Source: Planctomycetota bacterium (lineage in GTDB: Bacteria > Planctomycetota > JAJSAM01 > JAJVHW01). From it: a stretch of DNA of 64,000 nt. Where the stretch lies: assembly GCA_965248445.1 (NCBI GenBank), contig CBDFJG010000001.1, forward strand, positions 384,001 through 448,000, given 5' to 3'. The number at the start of each line of letters is the position of its first letter. Position 1 is the first letter of the stretch. A program made the position numbers and the translations under genes. Positions 1 through 8,997 of this stretch are shown one piece after another. The notes beneath the pieces are model-generated. The model saw only the letters and a program-made list of their open reading frames with translations. It searched no databases and was not told where the DNA came from.

Positions 1-1
1 C

Positions 2-1111
2 TCATGTGGCGCTCTCCGTCAGCTCGCGATACACGGCGAGGTTGCCGTCCACCATCGTGTCGACCGTGAAGCCCACGTGCACGTGGCGCTCACCAGCGTC
101 ACGCAGCCGGCCGGCGAGTTCCGGATCCTGCAGCACGCGGAGGATCGCCGCGGCGAGCGCCTCTGGATCGCGCGGCGGCACCGTCAATCCGGTCTGCTCG
201 TGCACCAGCACCTCAGGGATGCCCCCCACCGCCGAGCCGACCGCCGGACAGCGCAGCGCGAGCGCGTCGAGCAAGCTCGTGCACAGTCCCTCGAGGACGC
301 TGCACATCACGAAGCAGTCCATGCCGCGGATGAGCGAGGGTACGTCTCGGCGGAACCCGGTGAAGATGATTCGCTCTTGCACACCGAGGCGTGCCGCTTC
401 CGCTGCAACCTTCGGCTGACACTCTCCCTCGCCGATCAGGAACACGCGCGCTTCCGGCTCGGCGGCGAGGACGCGCGGCATCGCCTGGACCAGGAACTCT
501 TGCGCCTTGTGCCAGCCGAACGCCGCCACGTCGCCAATCACGTGCGCCCCCGCGGGCAGACCGAACTCCGCGTGGAAGTCGTGCGGCTCGACGCCTTCGA
601 AGCGCGCCGGGTCGATGCCGGAGTGGACCACGCTGATGCGCTCGGCCGGGATACCGTCCTTGATCATCTGCCGGCGAATGCCCTCGCTGATCGCGATGTA
701 CCGGTCGATCCCGAAGCGGTACTTGAACCATGAGAGCCGCAGCACATTACGATAGATCGAGAAGTCCACGCGTCGACTGACGACGCGCTTCCCGATGCCG
801 GTCGTGCGCGACGCGATCATCGCCAGCGTGTGCGCGTGGCTCGTGTGCATATGGACGATGTCGGGTCGGAACGACTTCAGGTGGCCACGGAGACGCGAGA
901 TTGCCCCGATGTCCGCTTCGCCGCGCATGCGGATCTCCGCGGCATCCAGGCCCGCGGCCCGGTGTCGTTCGACGTACGGAGATCCCGGCGGACCGACGCA
1001 GAGCTGGGTGACGCCGCGCCGGGCGAGGCCCTCCGCGAGGTAGAGCGCCTGCTGTTCGCCACCCCGCCACGTGCGCTCGGTATCGACGTGCATGACACGC
1101 AGCGCGCTCAA
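2..1111 (-). CDS. Glycosyltransferase family 4 (GT-B)
   Basis: N-terminal HVDTERTWRGGEQQ and C-terminal EGLCTSLLDA/GGIPE motifs; TTG start overlaps the upstream stop (TTGA); stop TGA at 2-4. Confidence 0.88.
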   Translation of the reverse strand: MSALRVMHVDTERTWRGGEQQALYLAEGLARRGVTQLCVGPPGSPYVERHRAAGLDAAEIRMRGEADIGAISRLRGHLKSFRPDIVHMHTSHAHTLAMIASRTTGIGKRVVSRRVDFSIYRNVLRLSWFKYRFGIDRYIAISEGIRRQMIKDGIPAERISVVHSGIDPARFEGVEPHDFHAEFGLPAGAHVIGDVAAFGWHKAQEFLVQAMPRVLAAEPEARVFLIGEGECQPKVAAEAARLGVQERIIFTGFRRDVPSLIRGMDCFVMCSVLEGLCTSLLDALALRCPAVGSAVGGIPEVLVHEQTGLTVPPRDPEALAAAILRVLQDPELAGRLRDAGERHVHVGFTVDTMVDGNLAVYRELTESAT

Positions 1112-2223
1112 GCAGGCTCTCCCGCCTGCAGGGCGTCCCGGTACGCAGCGACCGTGCGCGCTGCCGTCTCGCGCCAGCTGAACGCTGCAGCGTGTGTGGC
1201 CCCCCGCTCGACGAGTTCGTCTCGCACGCTGGGCTGGTCCAGTATCTCCGCGAGCGCGTCGCGCAACTGGCCCGCGTCGTCCGCTTCGACCACCACGGCG
1301 GCGCCCCCGGACGTGGCGACCGACGCACCGGCGCGTGCCACCACGACCGGGCATCGACACGCCATCGCCTCGAGGATCGGGAGGCCGAAGCCCTCCGCCT
1401 TGCCCGTGAAGCAGAAGGCCGCCGCGCCCGTGTAGAGGCCTGGGAGGATGTCGTCGCCAACGAATCCCGCGACCGTCACGCCGGAGTCGAGGCCGCGGGC
1501 GCCGGCGTCTTGCAGCAACTTGTCGCCGCCCGTCTGCACCGGCCCGGCGAGCACGAGCTCAACGTCCTCGAACCGCGGGTCCCGGCGCAGTTCCGCGAAT
1601 GCCAGAAGGAGCGGTGCCAGGTTCTTGCGGGCAGAGATCTGACCGACGAACAGCAGGTAGCGCAGGCCGATCCCCAACCGCTCCCTCACGACCGCGACCT
1701 CTTCCGGCGAACGGGGACGGAAGCGCTCGGCCAGGCCGAGCGGAACCACGCGGGTGCGCCCCTCCGCCGACGGGAAGCGCGATAAGAACGACTGTTCCGT
1801 GTACTGGGAGATGCAGAGGATCACCGCCGCCCGGCTAGCCACCGTCTGCAGGGCCTCCGCCTTGCGCCTGCGGAACGACTCCCGCGCAATGCCCGGCAGG
1901 TCGAGCGCGGAGAGGTCGTGGACCGTCGAGACCGCGGGAACGTCGGAGAAGTTCGGGATCCGGAGATCCGGGCCGTGGACCACGTCCGCCCCCCGCCGGC
2001 CGAAGGGCACCACTCGGTCATGGAACATCGCGGTGCCAAACCGCGGATCATCGATCCGCTCGAACCAGCGCCGCCGCCGGAAGCGCGAGACCCGGTAGAG
2101 GAGCGTAACCCGGTCGTCGGGACCGAGGGCCTCCGGGAGCCTCCGGATAAGCGAGACGCAATAGCGCGCCACCCCCGTCCGTTCCCGCTTCGCCACGCAC
2201 GAGCAGTCGATGCCGATGTGCAC
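1108..2223 (-). CDS. Glycosyltransferase family 4 (GT-B)
   Basis: HIGID..RTGVARY, TVHDL, RKNL and EGFGLPILEAMAC motifs; GTG start inferred. Confidence 0.9.
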   Translation of the reverse strand: MHIGIDCSCVAKRERTGVARYCVSLIRRLPEALGPDDRVTLLYRVSRFRRRRWFERIDDPRFGTAMFHDRVVPFGRRGADVVHGPDLRIPNFSDVPAVSTVHDLSALDLPGIARESFRRRKAEALQTVASRAAVILCISQYTEQSFLSRFPSAEGRTRVVPLGLAERFRPRSPEEVAVVRERLGIGLRYLLFVGQISARKNLAPLLLAFAELRRDPRFEDVELVLAGPVQTGGDKLLQDAGARGLDSGVTVAGFVGDDILPGLYTGAAAFCFTGKAEGFGLPILEAMACRCPVVVARAGASVATSGGAAVVVEADDAGQLRDALAEILDQPSVRDELVERGATHAAAFSWRETAARTVAAYRDALQAGEPA

Positions 2224-2350
2224 GGGCCGCAGTATCGTGGCAGGACCCGGGGAGCGAACAAGACGCCGATCCCGAGCCTGCCGGGCGGCCGGGCCGCGTA
2301 CGAGTAGGGCGAGAGCGTGCCCTGGCCTCGCACGGGAGTAACCTCCCGCG

Positions 2351-3067
2351 ATGACGGCCCCCCCGCCTCCCGCCGAGGCTCCTCCCGCTACACCGGCCGA
2401 GGTCGAAGCCACCACCCGCAGGCTGCTCGGCAAGCAGGGGCCGTTCCGCGCCACCGTCCGGCTCCTCGATCGGGAGGGACGCAAGTGGGTCGCGAAGGAC
2501 TACCGCGGGTGTACGCCGCTCTATCGCTGGACCGTCGGGCGCCTGATCCTCGCCCGCGAGGTGCGCGCGCTGACGCGGCTCGCGGGGATCATGGGGATTC
2601 CCCGCATCGAAGCGCGAGCGGGCACGTGGATACTGGTCATGACCCGGTTCAAGGGGCTGGACCTCGGCAAGACTCCACGCGTGGAGCAAACGCCGGAGTT
2701 CTTCGACCACCTGCTGGCGATCGTGCGCGAGATGCACGCACGTGGCGTGCTGCACCTCGATCTCAGGCAGCGCCGCAACATCCTTCTCCAACCGGACGGG
2801 CGCCCCGCTGTGCTGGACTTCGGCGCCGCGGTCTGCGCACGGCCGGGTGGCTGGCGGATGCGGCGGTTCGCACCGATCGACGTCTCCGGTGTGCTCAAGT
2901 ACAAGCATCGGGCGCAACCGGGGTCGCTCAGCAAAGTCGAGGCGGCTACGCTTGCCCGCGCGGAACGGCGGCGGAAGTGGTGGCCGTTCCGCGACTGGTG
3001 GCGGCGGGACAACGACTCCGCGAATGCGAAGGACGGCAACGGGGAGTACGAGGAGGACACGGCATGA
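2351..3067 (+). CDS. Kinase-like protein (Kdo/WaaP/RIO-like superfamily)
   Basis: VAKDY, MHARGVLHLDLRQRRNIL and LDFG kinase motifs. Confidence 0.75.
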   Translation: MTAPPPPAEAPPATPAEVEATTRRLLGKQGPFRATVRLLDREGRKWVAKDYRGCTPLYRWTVGRLILAREVRALTRLAGIMGIPRIEARAGTWILVMTRFKGLDLGKTPRVEQTPEFFDHLLAIVREMHARGVLHLDLRQRRNILLQPDGRPAVLDFGAAVCARPGGWRMRRFAPIDVSGVLKYKHRAQPGSLSKVEAATLARAERRRKWWPFRDWWRRDNDSANAKDGNGEYEEDTA

Positions 3068-4203
3068 GGCGAACACTCACAGTCACGATGGCAGTGCTGG
3101 CATTCGTCGCGCTCGCAGCGCAGGCGCTCGCCGGAGAAGCCATCCGGCTGGACGTCGAGTTGCCGCCGGACGCGGGCACGCTCTCGCCTGGAGAGAAGAT
3201 CCCGGTCCAAGTCGTCGGGATCGACAGCACGGGCGCGCGCGTCGGGTTCGGTGGCCGGCAGGTGCAGCTCGACGCCAGTGCAGGCTCGGCGTTCGTGAAG
3301 AAACGCCCGTACGCGTTCATGTACCAGGCGCCCAAGAACATCGACGGCGTGAAGACCGTGACCCTCTCTGCATCACTGCTGGAGGCGCCCGCGGTCCGCG
3401 GCTCCACGCAAGTGAAGATCGGGCCGGGAGGGATCTATGTCCGGCTCGTCCTTCGTCCGCGCGCGACGACGGTCGCGTACGGCAGCACCGTCGAGATCGA
3501 CGTCCTCGGCGAGACGCGCGAGGGGCGCACGGTGCCGCTGCACGATCGCGAGCTGAAGGTCGGAGTCCGCGGACCGGGCAAGGCCGGCGCATCCCGTCCG
3601 GGCACGATCGTGTACACGGCTCCGTCGAAACCGGACGCCGACAAGGGCGACGCCGTCGTCGTGACAGCACAGATCAAACGCAAGGACGCGAAGGGCGAAG
3701 TCGCGCTCAAGCTGTCTGCAGATGCCGCTCCGCCGAAGCCCGCCCCAACCAAGACGACGGGCGTCGTGCGGCCGGGCGGGAACGTGCGCGTCGTACGGTG
3801 GCGCGCGTGGACGCCCACGCCGCTCGGCGACGAGAAGACGACGGCGAAGCTCCGCAAGCTGCCGGCGGCGGGTGGCGACTTCGTGGCGAACCACGACGTT
3901 CAGAAGCTCCGCGTGGTCGCGCTGATCGACGACGTGACCCGTCTACAGCTCGTCTCCTGGACCGGCGACCGCAAGACCGCGAATGTGCGGCGGGACGGCC
4001 CCGGTGACAAGGGACCGTTGCGCCAGGAGCGGTCGAAAACCGGCTACCTGGTCGCGCACATCGAACTGGCCGTGCCGGTGGGCAAGCTCGCACGTCGCGC
4101 GGAACTCCAAATGACCCGCGCCGACGGCACCGTCGTGAAGGAGAAGTTCATCTTCCGCCGCGGCCGCGACAAGGACCGTGACGGCGAGAGAGACCGCCGC
4201 TGA
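3064..4203 (+). CDS. Secreted hypothetical protein, beta-rich/Ig-like
   Basis: Signal peptide MRRTLTVTMAVLAFVALAAQALA; ATGA overlap with the upstream gene. Confidence 0.75.
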   Translation: MRRTLTVTMAVLAFVALAAQALAGEAIRLDVELPPDAGTLSPGEKIPVQVVGIDSTGARVGFGGRQVQLDASAGSAFVKKRPYAFMYQAPKNIDGVKTVTLSASLLEAPAVRGSTQVKIGPGGIYVRLVLRPRATTVAYGSTVEIDVLGETREGRTVPLHDRELKVGVRGPGKAGASRPGTIVYTAPSKPDADKGDAVVVTAQIKRKDAKGEVALKLSADAAPPKPAPTKTTGVVRPGGNVRVVRWRAWTPTPLGDEKTTAKLRKLPAAGGDFVANHDVQKLRVVALIDDVTRLQLVSWTGDRKTANVRRDGPGDKGPLRQERSKTGYLVAHIELAVPVGKLARRAELQMTRADGTVVKEKFIFRRGRDKDRDGERDRR

Positions 4204-4204
4204 C

Positions 4205-4230
4205 GCGGCACGCAGATATTTGCGTGCCGC
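4205..4230 (+). terminator. Stem-loop immediately after stop codon, possible terminator
   Basis: GCGGCACGCA-gatatt-TGCGTGCCGC, 10-bp stem; weak U-tract. Confidence 0.4.
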
Positions 4231-4348
4231 TTGCGGCCTCATGTACCCCTCCTACGCGTCCTCCGGACGCTGCGGAGGACTACGGTCACGCCGCTTGCTA
4301 CGCAATCGTCGCGCCCTCGCTACTCGAAACTCGGTAGAGAGCTCGCTC

Positions 4349-4460
4349 TAGGGGCGGGCCGCTGCGCCCGCCCACGCGCCGCGCGCGACGCGCTCCGGCT
4401 GAATCGTCCTGCGAGGGACGAGCCTCCGGTCTGTCCGCGGGCGCGGCGGCCCGCCCCTAC
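4349..4460. repeat. REP-like (GTAG-type) inverted repeat pair
   Basis: TAGGGGCGGGCCGCTGCGCCCGC (4349-4371) matches the reverse complement of 4437-4459 at 22/23 positions. Confidence 0.6.
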
Positions 4461-5584
4461 GCGATGTCGGTGTAGATCTTCTCGACCGTCTCCGCCTGAC
4501 GCGGGAGTCCGAAGCGGTCTTTGGCCGTCTTTGCTGCGGCGCGGGACATCTTCGCGAGCGTGTCCGGCTCACTCGCTAGCCGCACGAGGGCTTCTTCGAG
4601 TTCCTTGGCGTCGTCGTCGATGTGAATGCCGGTGCGCCCGTCCTCGACGAGTTCCTGCAGGTGGCCGCGGCGGGCGGACACGATCGGGACGCCCATCGCG
4701 AGCGCTTCGCGCACCGCGCGGCACGAACCGTCAGAGCCAGGTGTCAGATACACCTTCACCGACATGCAACGCAGCGTCGCGACGTACTCAGCGCCCTGGC
4801 GGTAGCCCGTGAAGATCGCCTTGCCGACTAGCTCCTTGCGTGCTGCCGGCTTCACCGCCACTTCGTCCATCCAGGTGCCGCGGCCGACGAGCAGGATCTT
4901 GAGGTGCGGAACGCGCACAGCCGCTCGCGTGAGCGCCTCGAAGAAGATCTCGAACCGGCGGTGGCGTTGCATACGCGCAACGATGCCGACCACGAAATCG
5001 CCCGGCTCGATGCCGTACTCGCTAGCGAGATCCGGGAGACCCCGACGCTTGGGATTGAAGCGGCGGAGGTTCACGGCGCCGTCCACCGTGATCACACGAT
5101 CGTCGGAGATCGGGAAGCGCCCCGCCACCGCATCCCGCATCCGATCGCTGACGGTCAGCACGCGAGAAGTACGGTCATCGAACAGCGCGGACGTGTCCCG
5201 GCCCTTGCGTGGCGGCTCACCGTCGTAGAGCGAGCGCACGACGGGCACCTTCAGGCGCTCGGTCGCGCCCAATGCCAGACGGTGGTCGTTGTTCAGGTGG
5301 CAGTGCACGACGTCCGGCGACGTCTTGCGGATGAGCTGCCGCAGCGCACGCCGGTCGATCGGGTCGTAGATCGGGTGCCGGTGCTTGCCCAGACGCAGAC
5401 CGAGGATCGGCGACAGCTTGCGCAGGCGTGCCTCGTTCGCAACGTGGTTCGGCAGGTTCTTGACCTCCCGCCCGCACGCGAAGTGCACCTCGTGCCCGCG
5501 CTCCGCCAGCGTCGCGGCGAGGTTCACCGCCGGCTCCGCAGGACCGGTCCACTTCCAGTTGGCGAAGAGGTGGAGGAGCTTCAC
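4457..5584 (-). CDS. Glycosyltransferase family 4
   Basis: MKLLHLFANWKWTGPAE, VVHCH and EALAMGVPIV GT-B motifs. Confidence 0.88.
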   Translation of the reverse strand: MKLLHLFANWKWTGPAEPAVNLAATLAERGHEVHFACGREVKNLPNHVANEARLRKLSPILGLRLGKHRHPIYDPIDRRALRQLIRKTSPDVVHCHLNNDHRLALGATERLKVPVVRSLYDGEPPRKGRDTSALFDDRTSRVLTVSDRMRDAVAGRFPISDDRVITVDGAVNLRRFNPKRRGLPDLASEYGIEPGDFVVGIVARMQRHRRFEIFFEALTRAAVRVPHLKILLVGRGTWMDEVAVKPAARKELVGKAIFTGYRQGAEYVATLRCMSVKVYLTPGSDGSCRAVREALAMGVPIVSARRGHLQELVEDGRTGIHIDDDAKELEEALVRLASEPDTLAKMSRAAAKTAKDRFGLPRQAETVEKIYTDIA

Positions 5585-5593
5585 GCGCTTTGG

Positions 5594-7279
5594 CTACTCG
5601 ATGGGCTCCATGCGGACGACGATCTTCTGCCGGCAGAGTTCTGCGACGTGTCGGAAGCAGGCCTTCCAGTCCGCGAGCAGCTCCGGCTCATCCCGCGCGT
5701 AGGCCCGAAAGAACCGCAGTCGGTCCGCGTGCGAGATGCAGATCGGGATCGACGCCGAGAGCTGGGACAGATTCTTGAGCCGGCGCCGCCGCGGGACGTC
5801 CGCGTCGAACTCCACACGGTCATAGTCCGCGAGAACCACGGCCGTCCGTTCGCCCGACTCCCGGAGGAACAGGTTCACGGCCTTCAAGTCGGCGTGATAG
5901 GTGCCGGTCGCGTGCAGCCGCCGCAACAGGTGGGCAGTGGCCGCGATCAGGCGCCGCTTGTCACCCCGACCGGAGCTGTCCAGTGCCCCCGCGAACCGCT
6001 CGAGCGCGACGAGATCCAACCGTGTCGAGTCGCCGAGGTCCTCCATGACCAGAAACGACGACGACAGCAGCAATCCGCGCCCCAAGCACAGCAGAGCCAG
6101 CGGCTCGGCCGCTTCGAACCCTCGGACGATCAGCCCGTAGCCCGCGGTCCACGCAGCGACGTCGCGCGTGGTCCGGATCTGGTTCTTGAGTCGCGCGGCC
6201 ACGCCCCGGATGCGGTACTCCTTCACGATCACGGAGCGCCGTTCGTCGTCGATCCGGAGCGTCTGCCGCGTCAGCGCCGAACGGTGACTGTCCTTCAGCA
6301 CCGCCCGTCCGCCCACGGCGAGCGTTGCGGCATGCTCCTTGATCAGCGGGAGGAACGCCGAAGCGCGGATCGCGCGCAGGTGGTGCACGCGGTACGGCGA
6401 GAGGCGGGTCACGTCGAACCGTGACGAGCGGCCGAGGGCGCGGGCCGTGCGGCTCTTCACCCGCCGCTTCTCGAGCGCCGCGAGCCGCGGCTCGAGTTCC
6501 GCCGTGAGACCTCCGGAGCTGAGCAGCGCGCCGACGCGCGTCCCTGAGGGCCGCCCGCCCTCTTCTTCGTACGCGCGGCACATCGCGACGCGCTCCTCGG
6601 TCGTGGTGTCGAGCCGGATCGCGTGCAGGAGCGTGACGATGTCGGACCAGCGGGCGGTCTCACCCGGCGAGCTTGACCGTGCGACCGAGTGGAGATCGAT
6701 CACGTGCAGCGCCGGAGCGTCGGGAGGGCCGTTCACCAGAACGTTGCCGCCGTGCAAGTCGTTGTGCACGAACCCGGCGTCGTGCATTCGCCGGACCGTG
6801 CGCGAGAGTGACAGGAAGAGCTCCGAGCGGTGCTCGTCGCGGGCGTCACCCCAGCTCTCGCGAACGTACTGGTTGAGGAACCTCGCGCCGGGGATCGTGC
6901 GCACGACGAGCGCCGCGTCTCGGAGGACGATGGACCGCAACTCGCCCATCGCAAGACACGCGACCGTCGGGATACCCGCGCTGCGGAGGGCGCGGCTCGT
7001 CTCCCACTCGGCCTCTGCCCGAGAAGCCCGCACGGCATACTTGGCCCAGTCCAGCGGCCCGCGAACGGCGTAGCGCTTCACGATCACGTCGCCCAGGCCC
7101 GGCACGTCGGCGCGGATCACGGCGCGCACCAGGTTGCGCTTGACGAGCACCGCGCCGGGCAAGGCCTCGAGGTCGTCGAGCTGCGCCGCCACGACGTCGC
7201 GCACGCCGGCCACCGCGGACGGGAGCCCGAGCCACTCCAGACCACCTGCGGAGAACCGCACGGGAGCCGGCTCGCTCAA
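5594..7279 (-). CDS. Lipopolysaccharide kinase (Kdo/WaaP/InaA family) with two kinase domains
   Basis: Two catalytic sets: HNDLHGGN..IDL and HADLKAVN..ADYD; TTGA overlap start. Confidence 0.8.
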   Translation of the reverse strand: MSEPAPVRFSAGGLEWLGLPSAVAGVRDVVAAQLDDLEALPGAVLVKRNLVRAVIRADVPGLGDVIVKRYAVRGPLDWAKYAVRASRAEAEWETSRALRSAGIPTVACLAMGELRSIVLRDAALVVRTIPGARFLNQYVRESWGDARDEHRSELFLSLSRTVRRMHDAGFVHNDLHGGNVLVNGPPDAPALHVIDLHSVARSSSPGETARWSDIVTLLHAIRLDTTTEERVAMCRAYEEEGGRPSGTRVGALLSSGGLTAELEPRLAALEKRRVKSRTARALGRSSRFDVTRLSPYRVHHLRAIRASAFLPLIKEHAATLAVGGRAVLKDSHRSALTRQTLRIDDERRSVIVKEYRIRGVAARLKNQIRTTRDVAAWTAGYGLIVRGFEAAEPLALLCLGRGLLLSSSFLVMEDLGDSTRLDLVALERFAGALDSSGRGDKRRLIAATAHLLRRLHATGTYHADLKAVNLFLRESGERTAVVLADYDRVEFDADVPRRRRLKNLSQLSASIPICISHADRLRFFRAYARDEPELLADWKACFRHVAELCRQKIVVRMEPIE

Positions 7280-8046
7280 CGGCCCTCCCGGCCGGTCATC
7301 TCGCGCAGCTTCGCGTACTTGAGGAACACGTAGTACGACCCGGATATCGCGACGACCAGTCCGGGGACACCATCGAGCAAGCCAGCTTTCAGGAAGTACA
7401 TGCGCAGGAACTTCCAGAACGGCCGCAACGTGAGATCGAACAGCGACGCGCGCACGCCGGCGTCGAGCTTCCCCTGCGCCATGATCGACGTGTACGAGTT
7501 GATGATCCGCAGGTGGTCGGAGAGCGACCGATAGGAGTGGTGGAGGAGGTCGCCGGTGAGCCGCTCCACCTGTCCGTCCACGTACACGTGGTCGTGCGGG
7601 TTCACGCCACCCCACTTGCCCCTGGACCGGCGGAACAGCCGCAGCTTGCGGTCTGGATACCAGCCGCCGTGGCGGATCCACCGGCCCATGTAGTTCGTGC
7701 AGCGATTGAACTCGAAGCCGACCGGGAGTTCCGGGAGGGCGAGCGCGGCCAGGATGCTCGCGCGTAGTTCAGCCGAGACACGCTCGTCTGCGTCGAGACA
7801 CAACACCCACTCGTGGGAAGCGCTCTCGATGGCGTGGTTCTTCTGCTCGAGGTGCCCGGGCCAATCGCGCTCCTCGACACGCGCTCCGAACTCCTCGGCG
7901 ATCTCGCGCGTCGCGTCCGTGGAGTGGCTGTCGATCACCACCCACTCGTCGGCGAAGTCCGCCGACCGCAGGCAGTCGCCGATGTTGTCCGCCTCGTTCA
8001 TCGCGACGACGCACACCGAGAGCCTCGGCCGTCCTCCCCCGCTCAC
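7276..8046 (-). CDS. Glycosyltransferase family 2 (LPS core type)
   Basis: LSVCVVAMNE, IDSHSTD, LDADE and GGWYPD motifs; GTGA overlap start. Confidence 0.9.
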   Translation of the reverse strand: MSGGGRPRLSVCVVAMNEADNIGDCLRSADFADEWVVIDSHSTDATREIAEEFGARVEERDWPGHLEQKNHAIESASHEWVLCLDADERVSAELRASILAALALPELPVGFEFNRCTNYMGRWIRHGGWYPDRKLRLFRRSRGKWGGVNPHDHVYVDGQVERLTGDLLHHSYRSLSDHLRIINSYTSIMAQGKLDAGVRASLFDLTLRPFWKFLRMYFLKAGLLDGVPGLVVAISGSYYVFLKYAKLREMTGREGR

Positions 8047-8891
8047 GACGGGACCCCAGCGCCGGGAGTCTGTGCCGATCGGCGAAGCACGCCGTGGCGT
8101 GTGATGTGTGCGCGCAGGCGGCTCGCCAGTTCGCGCAACTCGGCGCGCGCAGGCCAGTCGGTGCCGGCGTAGGCCCGCAGGACGCGCAGTCTGTCCGTCC
8201 GGGTGACGGAGTCCCCCAGCGCCGCCCGCTTGGCGCCGTACCGGTCGAAGCGGAACAGCTCGGCGATCCGACGGGCCCGTGGCAGATCGTCCGCGGCCGT
8301 CGCGCGATCCAGATCCAGGATGAGCACGCGGCCGTCCGCGGTCCACAGCAGATTCTTGAAGTGCAGGTCGGGATGAGCGAACCCGGCGTCGTGCAGCGCG
8401 CGGATCGCACGACCGGCCGCAGCGAGCACGTCGCGGCGATCCCGCGGTACGACGCCGCCGCCGAGGACGGCGAGAACGTCGCGGGCGCCGGACTCCTCGC
8501 GCACCAGGAGCCAGCCCCGCCGCAGGCCGACCGCAGCCGGCCGGGAGACGATGCCGAGCGGCTCGCAGACGGGAACGCCGGCGGAGCGTGCTGCGACAAG
8601 GACCGCCAGCTCGTCGAGGAAGCGGCCGTCCCCGGCGTGTCGGTCAGCCGTCATGCGACGGAGGAGGCCGCCGTGGAGGTAGGGACGCACGAACACCGGC
8701 CCGACGTCCGGCACCTCGATCGCGAACGGCTCGCCCCGTCCGGCGTACGTCGCGTGCGCCCGGGCTCGAAGCTCGGCGGGCCGGGCGAGACCGGCGGCCG
8801 TCAGCCGGTCCGCGAGATCCTCGCGGAGGACGAGCGTCGCTCCGTCCGCGCTCTGCCGCGCGAACCCCGGGGGAACGTGGGCCCTCGGCAT
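8043..8891 (-). CDS. Kdo kinase-like protein (KdkA/WaaP family)
   Basis: RPYLHGGL, HPDLHFKNLL and ILDLD motifs. Confidence 0.82.
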   Translation of the reverse strand: MPRAHVPPGFARQSADGATLVLREDLADRLTAAGLARPAELRARAHATYAGRGEPFAIEVPDVGPVFVRPYLHGGLLRRMTADRHAGDGRFLDELAVLVAARSAGVPVCEPLGIVSRPAAVGLRRGWLLVREESGARDVLAVLGGGVVPRDRRDVLAAAGRAIRALHDAGFAHPDLHFKNLLWTADGRVLILDLDRATAADDLPRARRIAELFRFDRYGAKRAALGDSVTRTDRLRVLRAYAGTDWPARAELRELASRLRAHITRHGVLRRSAQTPGAGVPS

Positions 8892-8997
8892 GGGCGAGAC
8901 CTTACCGATCCGGGGTGGATTCGGGCCCTTTCCCGCTTTGGAGCCTCGAATCCGAGAGCCATCGACAGTTCGATCGCGCCCCTTGGCGGGGCGCTGC

